This document shows positions 39,900-48,250 of a stretch of 48,390 nt of DNA, one piece after another; positions within the stretch are counted from its first letter, which is position 1, and each line of letters opens with the position of its first letter. The translations under genes were made by a program, and so were the position numbers. Source of the stretch: Patescibacteria group bacterium. GTDB lineage: Bacteria; Patescibacteriota; Minisyncoccia; Minisyncoccales; RBG-13-42-11. The stretch lies in contig DATKWJ010000003.1 of the NCBI GenBank assembly GCA_035529635.1, forward strand, positions 1 through 48,390, read 5' to 3'. The notes under the pieces were generated by a model that did not search any database, was not told the origin of the DNA, and was given only the letters and a program-made list of their open reading frames with translations.

Positions 39900-41222
39900 G
39901 GCTGAATTTTTATTTTCCCTTGCAGAAACAATAATCCTGGAAACAGATATTAAGTTGGAAATTAAGGCAATTAATATTAATACAAAAAATATTAAGCCTG
40001 TTATCCCTGCGAACATAATAAGAAGAAGTCTTCCTGGTCTTTTAAACTTAGGACCGTACCATACAAGTTTACGATCTGTTATGTCGCGATACTTAGTAGG
40101 TAAATAGTTAAGAAGTGCAAGTCCCATGACCGCAAATGCTGCAATGGGCCAAACTAATGAATTTTGACTAATTGCCCAATAGCCGTAAGCCATGCCAATT
40201 ATAATTAACATATCTATATAACGATCAAATGCGTCATCGAGCCAAGCACCAAATTTACTTGATAAAAACTTGAGTCTTGCAATTTCTCCGTCACAACCGT
40301 CGGTAATCGAAGTCAGCTGGGCCAATATTCCTCCTATAAAAATCCAGGGGAAACTTCCTTTTGCAAAAAGAAAGGCGGATGAAATCCCAATCATTAAATT
40401 GAGTATAGAAATTTTATTAGGAGTAAGCCCGGTTTTTACTAAGTATTTTGAAATAAATATAGAAATTTTTCGATTAATTATTTTTGATACAATTCCATCC
40501 TCGGATTTATTAAGATTCTTAAGAAGTTTTTTTTCTGCAAATTTGATATCTGCATAAGTATCGCAGTCTGACCAAAATCTTCCTTTAATGTTAAATGCCC
40601 TCAGTTTTCCTTCTTTTACAATGACTCTCATCCCATTAGTCAATGAATTTTTATGCTCTGAAATAGTTTTTTTTAGAACTTTAAAAATATAGGGGGAACA
40701 CAAAAACATTCCAGTATCGTAGGCATTATAGACATCGAGATTCTTGCTTATTGAATCAATTTTGTTATTTTTAACTAAAACTTTTGTGGTATCGCCTATA
40801 TCTAAAACGGAATCCATATTTTTATCTATAGCAAGAGCACACTCGTCCTTTTTTAATTTTATTCTCTTAAGCCTAAGGAGTGTTCTCCAGTCAAAGACAT
40901 GGTCAGACATTAGAAGAATAAAATTTTCCTTAAAATAATCTTTCGCTTTAAGGACAGAAATTCCATTTGCCTTCTCCCATTCATCATTCTGAATACAAGC
41001 GATTGAAACACCAAAACGACTACCGTCGCCGATAGTTTCCTTAAGTTCTTTTCCTTTATAGCCGGTAATAATTACAAACTCAAAAATACCTGCCTCTTTT
41101 GCTCCAAGAATAACTCTCTCAATGATCTTTAAGCCCAATAAGCTCATAAGCGATTTATGTCGCCCACGAGTTACCGACTGCATTCTTGTGCCATTACCGG
41201 CTGCAATAATTAATGCTTTCAT
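39828..41222 (-). CDS. Bifunctional NTP-transferase / CDP-alcohol phosphatidyltransferase (IPCT/DIPPS-like)
   Basis: MKALIIAAGNGTRM and LMSDH in the N-half; DGCDGEIAR...GAWLDDAFDR in the C-half; start reassigned to ATG at 41222; the C-terminus reads into repeat B. Confidence 0.85.
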   Translation of the reverse strand: MKALIIAAGNGTRMQSVTRGRHKSLMSLLGLKIIERVILGAKEAGIFEFVIITGYKGKELKETIGDGSRFGVSIACIQNDEWEKANGISVLKAKDYFKENFILLMSDHVFDWRTLLRLKRIKLKKDECALAIDKNMDSVLDIGDTTKVLVKNNKIDSISKNLDVYNAYDTGMFLCSPYIFKVLKKTISEHKNSLTNGMRVIVKEGKLRAFNIKGRFWSDCDTYADIKFAEKKLLKNLNKSEDGIVSKIINRKISIFISKYLVKTGLTPNKISILNLMIGISSAFLFAKGSFPWIFIGGILAQLTSITDGCDGEIARLKFLSSKFGAWLDDAFDRYIDMLIIIGMAYGYWAISQNSLVWPIAAFAVMGLALLNYLPTKYRDITDRKLVWYGPKFKRPGRLLLIMFAGITGLIFFVLILIALISNLISVSRIIVSARENKNSAKNETQKKYSQPVSRLSHFSLKTP

Positions 41223-41248
41223 GGTTGTTCCCAAATTAAAAATAAAAA

Positions 41249-41363
41249 GGCTGAGAACACGCATTCAACTGGCTTAAACCGCTTTGTATATTGCCTCCAA
41301 AAAGACAAAATTGACTGGTCAATAAACAGTTTATGTCGCCCACTTGTTTGCTCGGTTCCAACC
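41249..41363 (-). ncRNA. Candidate structured RNA / 5' leader (long imperfect hairpin followed by a U-tract)
   Basis: Lies downstream of TTGACA-17-TATTCT (41374-41402); nested complementary segments; followed by TTTTTATTTTT. Confidence 0.35.
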
Positions 41364-41438
41364 CATCCATCGTAGAATAGCTTAAATTTGGACTTGTGTC
41401 AATATAAAAACCCACTGATAAGTGAGTGAAGTAAGATT

Positions 41439-41546
41439 ACTGCGTACCTCAGTGCCTCAGTTTTGGACTCCAGTTTTAAGGGAAAAATTGGGGGCTTTTC
41501 AAGGTCTCTCACCGACGCGTCTCGATAGGGACTATTTAAGATAAAA
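41439..41546. repeat. Family-2 repeat copy C (degenerate)
   Basis: GTTTTAAGGGAAAAATTGGGGGCTTTTC..TCTCA..GACGCGTCTCG..AGGG..TTTAAGATAAAA aligns to copies A and B; internal CCTCAGT duplication. Confidence 0.75.
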
Positions 41547-41569
41547 CCTGTCCCATAGCAATCCTTGCT

Positions 41570-43384
41570 TTACTTCTGGGATGAGAACTCAGACTTTTCC
41601 TGCCTTTTAACACGGACACGATCAATTTCTGTAAGAAATTGCTTTCTTAAACGAATGCTTCCGGGAGTTATTTCAAGATATTCGTCGTCATTCATTATTT
41701 CTAACCCTCTCTCAAGAGTAAGTTCTGTCGGAGGAGTTAATGTTATCGCCTCGTCAGATCCTTTCGCCCGCATATTGGTAAGTTCTTTTCCTTTTGTCGG
41801 ATTTACCGCCATATCTTTCCCCTTTGAAGTGTTGCCGATGACCATACCCTCGTATACTTCTGTTCCCGGACCTATGTAGAGTATACCGCGCTTTTGAAGA
41901 CCCCACAAAGAAAACCCGAGAGATTTACCCGCCGCCATAGAAATCATTGAACCGACCCTCCGCCTGCGGATTTCTCCCACGTACGGCTTAAATCCCAGAA
42001 AGCGCGAAGAGAGGATGCCGTCACCTTTCGTATTCATTACAAATTGATTTCTGTATCCGAGAAGCCCCCGCGTGGGACCCTCTAATGTAAGCCTTACCGT
42101 ATCGCCTTTCCTGATAATATTTTTGAGGATGCAAGCTCGCGTACCGAGACTCTCAATGATCGTGCCTTGATATTCCCGGGGAGTATCGATAACGACTTCC
42201 TCAAACGGTTCTGTCTTGATTCCGTTTTCTTCGCGGATAATCACCCGCGGCTGGGAAACTTGCAATTCGTACCCCTCTCGCCTCATATTTTCAAGAAGTA
42301 TAACTATATGCAGTTCGCCTCTGCCATACACCTGAAATACATCCTTTGAGGTAAAATCAACCCGCAAACCGACATTTACTTCCAATTCTCTTTTTAAATA
42401 CTCGTGCAATTCGCGGGACGTTACGTGTTTTCCTTCCCGCCCCGCAAAATTTGAGCTGTTCACTAAAAAGTTAAGGGTAATAGCTGGTTCATCAATCGCG
42501 ATAACTGGAAGCGGTTCAGCTTTTTCATCAGTTGTCACCGTTTCTCCAATGTCTATGTCGGGGAGCCCTGAGATGAGTGCAATATCACCGGCACTTGTTT
42601 TTTCCGAATCTATTCTTTCCAATCCGTTGAAAGTAAAAACTTTGGTAATTTTTCCTGAGCGGGTTTCTCCGTTCGGTTTCTTAACGAATACGTCAGCTCC
42701 CGACTGAAGGACGCCTTCATACACTCTCCCTACCGCCATACGTCCCATAAAATTGTCGTAGGCAAGATTAAAAGGCTGGAATCGCAATGGTTTTTGTTCC
42801 AACGCCTCTGATGAAGCACAGGGAACATGAGAAAGAATGGTAGATAGGAGCGGCGTGAGATCTTTTGATTCATCGGCAAGTTTAAGTTTCGCGATTCCCT
42901 CGCGACCGATGGCATAGACGACCGGAAAACTTGATTGTTCATCGTTCGCGCCAAGCTCCAGGAAAAGTTCAAGCACTTGCTCTTCGGTACGCTTCAAGTC
43001 CGCAGCCGGTTTGTCTATTTTATTTATTACCACAATAGGTTTTAACCCCAATTCCAGAGATTTTTTTAAAACGAATCGGGTCTGCGGCATTGGCCCTTCC
43101 TGAGCATCCACGACAAGAAGTACGGAATCAATCGAACGCAGAACGCGCTCCACCTCTGATCCGAAATCGACATGGCCGGGAGTATCAACAATATTTATCT
43201 TGGTGCCTCGATAGGTAATCGCTGCATTTTTCGAGTATATCGTAATACCGCGCTCTAATTCCAGTGCGTTTGAATCCATTGATACCCCTTCTTTACAAGC
43301 CCCCGTTTGACGCATCAAGGCATCCGTTAAGGTTGTTTTGCCGTGATCAACGTGGGCAATAATAGCAATATTTCTTATTTCCAT
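41570..43384 (-). CDS. typA: Translational GTPase TypA/BipA
   Basis: IRNIAIIAHVDHGKTT, DTPGH, GRGELH and LEITPGSIRLRK motifs. Confidence 0.97.
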   Translation of the reverse strand: MEIRNIAIIAHVDHGKTTLTDALMRQTGACKEGVSMDSNALELERGITIYSKNAAITYRGTKINIVDTPGHVDFGSEVERVLRSIDSVLLVVDAQEGPMPQTRFVLKKSLELGLKPIVVINKIDKPAADLKRTEEQVLELFLELGANDEQSSFPVVYAIGREGIAKLKLADESKDLTPLLSTILSHVPCASSEALEQKPLRFQPFNLAYDNFMGRMAVGRVYEGVLQSGADVFVKKPNGETRSGKITKVFTFNGLERIDSEKTSAGDIALISGLPDIDIGETVTTDEKAEPLPVIAIDEPAITLNFLVNSSNFAGREGKHVTSRELHEYLKRELEVNVGLRVDFTSKDVFQVYGRGELHIVILLENMRREGYELQVSQPRVIIREENGIKTEPFEEVVIDTPREYQGTIIESLGTRACILKNIIRKGDTVRLTLEGPTRGLLGYRNQFVMNTKGDGILSSRFLGFKPYVGEIRRRRVGSMISMAAGKSLGFSLWGLQKRGILYIGPGTEVYEGMVIGNTSKGKDMAVNPTKGKELTNMRAKGSDEAITLTPPTELTLERGLEIMNDDEYLEITPGSIRLRKQFLTEIDRVRVKRQEKSEFSSQK

Positions 43385-43489
43385 AAAAAATAGGCCCTTC
43401 CCAGGCCGAGAATCCTAGATTGAATATAAACTAAAAAAATTCTTTTGTCAATAAAACAGAAGTCCGCTAGCCGCCCAATCGGGGTTATC

Positions 43490-44065
43490 CTACACAAAAC
43501 TCGCAATCTTTCGGGTTAATTCTTCTTTTCCTTCGTTTGTTTTGGCAGAATACTCCAAGACCGGTATATCTCGCACTTCTTCTCGGATCAAGGAAAGCTG
43601 TTTTCCTGCATCACTCTTAGTTAATTTGTCAATTTTGTTTGCAATGATGATAATTTGATGTTTATTTACCTTGAGAATTTTTATCATATCCCTATCTAAG
43701 GCAGTCAAGCCGACATTAGCGTCAATAATTAAGAAAACCGCTTTGGGCCTCGCACTGGAAAACTCCACATACCAAAAAATCCTTTTGATCATTTTGTTGC
43801 GCTCCAATATCGAACGCTTCGCATATCCATATCCGGGAAAATCCACAAAATAGAAAGAATTATTAATGCGGAAAAAATTCGCTTCACGTGTTTTCCCCGG
43901 AATTTTGCTTGTTTTTACAAGATCTTTTTTACCGACTAAAGAGTTTATCACGCTTGATTTTCCCGCATTGGAACGGCCAAAAAAAGCGATGTGCGGAAAA
44001 TTATCTTCCAGACCATAATCGTCTCCGATAACACCTTTAGCAAATTCTGCTTTTGATATTTTCAT
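43490..44065 (-). CDS. engB: Ribosome biogenesis GTPase YihA/YsxC/EngB
   Basis: GRSNAGKSS, PGKT, VDFPGYGYAK and NKIDK motifs. Confidence 0.95.
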   Translation of the reverse strand: MKISKAEFAKGVIGDDYGLEDNFPHIAFFGRSNAGKSSVINSLVGKKDLVKTSKIPGKTREANFFRINNSFYFVDFPGYGYAKRSILERNKMIKRIFWYVEFSSARPKAVFLIIDANVGLTALDRDMIKILKVNKHQIIIIANKIDKLTKSDAGKQLSLIREEVRDIPVLEYSAKTNEGKEELTRKIASFV

Positions 44066-45045
44066 AATTCTTTCTTTCCTTCTGTTTTTCCCAAAATTAA
44101 ACCATTGAGTATTTTCTTGACGAGTTCAATACTGTCCCGGCTAAATATGGAAATTGGCGTTGCGTTCTTATTTAACTCTTTGAGTTTCTCTGCTGCCCTG
44201 GCAACAATATCGGAAGAAACTGCGTCCTTTTTGCTTATAAAAAGATATTCCGGCTTTTCCAGAAGCAGTTTATTGTGTGTTTCTAATTCGCTGCGTACCG
44301 TTTTATAATCTAGGACCGGATCGACGGAATCTGCGGCGACAAAATGAAATATAATCTTTGTGCGTTCTATATGCCGTAAAAATTTAATTCCGAGACCCTT
44401 GCCCTTAGACGCGCCTTCAATAATCCCAGGAATATCAGCAAGTATCAAATCATAATACGCGCCTAAATTCGGCTCCAAGGTCGTGAACGGATAATTTGCC
44501 ACTTTGCTTTTGGCGTTGGTCAGTTCATTAAGCAAACTTGATTTCCCGACATTAGGCAGCCCCACAAATCCCACGTCAGCAATCATTTTTAACTCAAAGC
44601 GAACCTCAAGTGATTCTCCCGGCTCTCCGTATCCAAATTCTTTAGGTGTCGTATTGGTTGATGACCGAAAATTAAAATTGCCCTTTCCTCCACGTCCGCC
44701 TAGGGCAATCTGTACCCGCTGGCCGATTTTAGTGATTTCAACATGTTGGCCTATTGCCAAATTGCGAGCAACGGTTCCGACGGGAACCGTTAAGATCAGG
44801 TCCTTTCCGTCTCTGCCGCTGCGAAGTTGCGAGCGGCCGTCCTGTCCGTTTTCAGCCCTGACTTCTTTTTTGAAACGGAATTTCTTCAATGCAGTCAAAT
44901 CAGAAACACCTTCAATATAAATACTCCCTCCTTTGCCACCGTTGCCGCCGACAGGACCTAAAGACATTTTTGTTTTATTAAACGCCACTATTCCCTTTCC
45001 TCCATCTCCCGCCATTGCTCTTATTGTTACATCATCAACAATCAT
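44062..45045 (-). CDS. obgE: GTPase ObgE/CgtA (no C-terminal extension)
   Basis: Gly-rich Obg fold, GLPNVGKSS, ANYPFTTLEPNLG and DIPGIIEGAS motifs. Confidence 0.95.
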   Translation of the reverse strand: MIVDDVTIRAMAGDGGKGIVAFNKTKMSLGPVGGNGGKGGSIYIEGVSDLTALKKFRFKKEVRAENGQDGRSQLRSGRDGKDLILTVPVGTVARNLAIGQHVEITKIGQRVQIALGGRGGKGNFNFRSSTNTTPKEFGYGEPGESLEVRFELKMIADVGFVGLPNVGKSSLLNELTNAKSKVANYPFTTLEPNLGAYYDLILADIPGIIEGASKGKGLGIKFLRHIERTKIIFHFVAADSVDPVLDYKTVRSELETHNKLLLEKPEYLFISKKDAVSSDIVARAAEKLKELNKNATPISIFSRDSIELVKKILNGLILGKTEGKKEL

Positions 45046-45211
45046 ATCATCAGTATAAGCTATTTTAATTCATATTAAAAATTAAATATCATGCTTATAA
45101 ACAAAAAAACCGCCCCTTCCTGAAAAGTAAACTAATCCTGAAAGATAAAAAAATCCTGCTTCAGTAAAAAAAATTCCCTTTCAGGCAGTTTTTGAAGCTA
45201 AATACCTCAGC

Positions 45212-45265
45212 CACCTGACTTAGCATATGACTGCTGGCGCTATGGGACGATGTTAGAACCTGTTT
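45212..45265. repeat. Family-1 repeat with an extended left arm shared with the tRNA junction
   Basis: CACCTGACTTAGCATATGACT-GCTGGCGCTATGGGACGATGTTAGAACCTGTTT. Confidence 0.9.
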
Positions 45266-45278
45266 ATTATTTTCTAAA

Positions 45279-45731
45279 TTAAGAATGTTTACTTAAAATA
45301 AAATTTTTAAGCCAATCGCTATCTTTAACAAAAAGATCTAAACTACCATCTGGCTTGTGGGTAGTCGATCCTTTATGGGCAGTTATTTGCTCAGGAGAAG
45401 ATGTCCAAATGTTTACCTTAGAAAGGCCAAATACTCGGTGCAGTATCCCTTGAACATTATCTACATTTTGAATAATTGTGAAGGGAATAGACTTAGATTT
45501 CTTAATAATAATTCCTGAGTTTATTGTAATTTTATTATCTTCAACTATAAAACTAAAAGCATTATAAAAGAGGAAAAGATATAAGGTAAAGGGTAAACCT
45601 ATAAAAATAATTAGAATCCAAAATAACGAATGCCAAAATAAAGATGCTAATAATATTAATCCAAAAATTTTAGTTAACCAATACCATTTAAATTGTTTTG
45701 GTAATTTATTTGGAGTGTTGAGGTTTATCAT
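45279..45731 (-). CDS. Bacterial PH-domain (bPH_2/YdbS-like) membrane protein
   Basis: Two TM helices, then ITINSGII...IPFTIIQNVDNVQGILHRVFGLSKVNIWTS. Confidence 0.8.
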   Translation of the reverse strand: MINLNTPNKLPKQFKWYWLTKIFGLILLASLFWHSLFWILIIFIGLPFTLYLFLFYNAFSFIVEDNKITINSGIIIKKSKSIPFTIIQNVDNVQGILHRVFGLSKVNIWTSSPEQITAHKGSTTHKPDGSLDLFVKDSDWLKNFILSKHS

Positions 45732-45793
45732 ATTGAATTAAAATTATTTATAATTAATTTTCAACTTGGTTTGATGAATAGTACTAGATGATA

Positions 45794-45826
45794 GCTGGGG
45801 CTATGGGACGATGTTAGAACCTATTT
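45794..45826. repeat. Family-1 repeat
   Basis: GCTGGGGCTATGGGACGATGTTAGAACCTATTT, preceded by ATGATA as at the tRNA junction. Confidence 0.9.
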
Positions 45827-45852
45827 AACCCTATGCCCTAGTACAATTTTTT

Positions 45853-46461
45853 TTACTTAAGACAAAAATCTAGAAATCGTTTTCCAAATTCACTCAAGCT
45901 TATACTCTCATGGATTCCACCGTCTGATCCGCCAAGCGCTATGGAACCCAATGTAGCTGTAATTATTCCCCATGATTTTAATTTATAAATAGACCCCTGT
46001 ATTATTGATTTTTCTATGCCAGGTTTATTAATTGATAATGAATCAACTACGCCGGTCTGTTCGTTTAAAAATTTTATTACTTCTGCTTCTAGTAATGAGA
46101 TGTCAGTTAAGATATCTAAAAATTTCTTACGTTCATCGTAATTTCTATTAACGGGTTGAATTAAAGTGTTCTTAAAATAATTTTTGAAAAATTCTCTCTT
46201 TTCAATTAATGGTTCTTTTTCAATTTTTTCATGCAGTTGCTCTATAATCGCCGCTAGTTCATCAGAATTATGTTCTCCAATATCTTTAATTTTATTCTTA
46301 ATTAAAGCAACCTCTTCTTTAATCTCCTTGTAAAAAGTTTCGATTCTATGAAATTGTCTTTTTTGTTTACTACCAAAATACAGAGTGGCAAGCGAACCTC
46401 CAATATACGGTACAGCTTCTACTAATGCTTGGATTGTTAATTCTTTATCGACTTTAGACAT
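45853..46461 (-). CDS. Hypothetical protein (possibly DUF4393/Abi-alpha-like, with a C-terminal winged helix)
   Basis: VPYIGGSL N-terminus and LSEFGKRFLDFC C-terminus; family resemblance only. Confidence 0.7.
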   Translation of the reverse strand: MSKVDKELTIQALVEAVPYIGGSLATLYFGSKQKRQFHRIETFYKEIKEEVALIKNKIKDIGEHNSDELAAIIEQLHEKIEKEPLIEKREFFKNYFKNTLIQPVNRNYDERKKFLDILTDISLLEAEVIKFLNEQTGVVDSLSINKPGIEKSIIQGSIYKLKSWGIITATLGSIALGGSDGGIHESISLSEFGKRFLDFCLK

Positions 46462-46484
46462 ATAAAATTTATGAAGTCTTATTA

Positions 46485-46517
46485 GTTGCGGGGCCTGGAC
46501 GATGTTAGAACCTGTTT
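46485..46517. repeat. Family-1 repeat, tRNA-hybrid copy
   Basis: GTTGCGGGGCCTGGACGATGTTAGAACCTGTTT; the left half matches the tRNA-Gln 3' end. Confidence 0.9.
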
Positions 46518-46851
46518 AATAGAGTTTTCCGCCAATTTCAGCGATATCCTTGTCGGGAACGATTAAAACACAATTCCCCTCTTTATCAGGAACGCCCAGA
46601 GTTAGTACCTCTGATAGAAATGGACCAATTTTTCTTGGCGGAAAATTCACTACACCTAAAACTAATTTATCTTTTAACCCTTCTTTCGTGTATAAAGCAA
46701 CCAGTTGGGCGGATGAGCTTTTGATGCCGATTTCCGAACCGAAATCAATCTTAAGTTTGTAAGACGGTTTTTTCGCTTCGGGAAAATCTTCAATTTCAAT
46801 TATTTTCCCGACCCTGATATCTAACTTTTCAAAATCTTCCATCGTTGCCAT
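46516..46851 (-). CDS. csaA: tRNA-binding / secretion chaperone CsaA (Trbp111 family)
   Basis: FEKLDIRVGKI, KPSYKLKIDFG, SSAQL and VVNFPPRKIGPFLSEVLTLG motifs. Confidence 0.92.
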   Translation of the reverse strand: MATMEDFEKLDIRVGKIIEIEDFPEAKKPSYKLKIDFGSEIGIKSSSAQLVALYTKEGLKDKLVLGVVNFPPRKIGPFLSEVLTLGVPDKEGNCVLIVPDKDIAEIGGKLY

Positions 46852-46863
46852 ATTTTTTATTTA

Positions 46864-46896
46864 GCTGGGGCTATGGGACGATGTTAGAACCTGTTT
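46864..46896. repeat. Family-1 repeat
   Basis: GCTGGGGCTATGGGACGATGTTAGAACCTGTTT. Confidence 0.9.
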
Positions 46897-46921
46897 TAAC
46901 GAATGTCTAATATAATTTCTA

Positions 46922-47605
46922 CTATTCTTTAATTAATTCTTGAATTTTCTTTTTTCTATATTCTGGATCAAGTTTTGTTTTTAACAAAAAATACCATCTT
47001 ATCCAAAAAAATGATCTTATGAGCTTTAACGTCAAGCGTATTTCTGCTATTAACGGACTAATATCTTCTCGAGCTTTCTTCATATTAGTCAAAAATTCGC
47101 TAGTTTCATTTCTAATTTTATCAACATTTTCTCTTGCGGTTTTTAAAAAATCTTGTTCAGCTCTCTTTAGCATAGTATCCTTTGAAAGATCAGAGTGAAT
47201 TTTGAGATATCTATTAAACGTCATCACATTAGTGTTGAATAACCTTAATTTGATAATAAATTTAAGTATATTTTCTGAAACTTTGAAATTGCTTATTTTT
47301 TGATATATGAATTCTTCTATCGGAAAAAAATATAACTGATTTAAACAAATGCTTATGGGTTTGAGCTTAAAACCTTTCATTATTACTTCATAGTTTTTAA
47401 TATTGATTTCTAAAAAATAAATCTGTAAGGCAATATATTCTTCTATTCTTTCTAATTCTGCAATAACTTTTTTTTTCTTTCTTAATGAAGAAATTATGGT
47501 TTCTCCTAAAATAAAAAAGCAAAAAGCAAAAAAAGCGCCAAAAAAAGCCGCGATTATTTGAATGTATCCTTGTTGTGTATTATTTATTATTTCCATGCAA
47601 ACCAT
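46922..47605 (-). CDS. Hypothetical protein with N-terminal TM helix
   Basis: AT-rich ORF of up to 227 aa, coupled to the upstream ORF; start may be the second Met. Confidence 0.7.
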   Translation of the reverse strand: MVCMEIINNTQQGYIQIIAAFFGAFFAFCFFILGETIISSLRKKKKVIAELERIEEYIALQIYFLEINIKNYEVIMKGFKLKPISICLNQLYFFPIEEFIYQKISNFKVSENILKFIIKLRLFNTNVMTFNRYLKIHSDLSKDTMLKRAEQDFLKTARENVDKIRNETSEFLTNMKKAREDISPLIAEIRLTLKLIRSFFWIRWYFLLKTKLDPEYRKKKIQELIKE

Positions 47606-48174
47606 TATTGTAGATCGTTTAATTGAGACAAAATTGTTTCAATCTGAGCACCTAACTCAACGGCAGTTAAACCATCTTTTGTTTCTTTACTCATATCATC
47701 AACAATAAAACCCTTCATGTGTTTTCCCGATTCATATACTCCCTTAAGCTCCTCGTCTAATTTGTTTTTGTCTTTATATTCTAAAAGACCATGAATAACA
47801 TCGTTCCTTTTTTTACGATAGATATTTAATTTTTCATATAAAGTTTTTTCGATTTTTCCAGAAATAAATAATTCATCGATAAGCCGCGCCAGTTCAAAAC
47901 TTTTAAATTTTTTTTCTAGGATAGCATTTTGTAAAATTAGTGGTAAAATTTTTTTAAAAGCGTAATCTTTTATTATTCCTTCAATTATACAAGATTGTAT
48001 TAAAAATGCTTCTAAATAATCTTTTTTAAGAAAGGCTCCTTCTGCTCGATCTACTAAATCTTCGTAATTTTTATTTTCAATAACCTCCCGAGATATCTTT
48101 TTCAACTCTTGTTTTTGCAATTCTAAATTATCTTTTAATGATTTTATTTGCGCCTTTAATTCTTCTGTAGTCAT
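47605..48174 (-). CDS. Hypothetical helical protein with an RxxxxH (HEPN-like) motif
   Basis: YLEAFLIQSCIIEG...RKKRNDVIHG; the HEPN resemblance is an inference. Confidence 0.65.
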   Translation of the reverse strand: MTTEELKAQIKSLKDNLELQKQELKKISREVIENKNYEDLVDRAEGAFLKKDYLEAFLIQSCIIEGIIKDYAFKKILPLILQNAILEKKFKSFELARLIDELFISGKIEKTLYEKLNIYRKKRNDVIHGLLEYKDKNKLDEELKGVYESGKHMKGFIVDDMSKETKDGLTAVELGAQIETILSQLNDLQ

Positions 48175-48250
48175 GTTTTATAAAATTTTCTTAATTTTTT
48201 CTTTCATAGATTTCTGATGCGTTTCGGTCACCTGGCTTAGCATATGATAG

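Noticed and set aside
45233..46896. 33-bp direct repeats as a CRISPR array
   Set aside because: The intervening segments are 346-658 bp and contain whole genes; no cas genes are present.
45233..46896. Family-1 repeats as canonical integron attC sites
   Set aside because: TTCTAAC follows the stop codons and is close to RYYYAAC, but I found no complementary GTTRRRY box or long imperfect hairpin downstream, and no intI gene.
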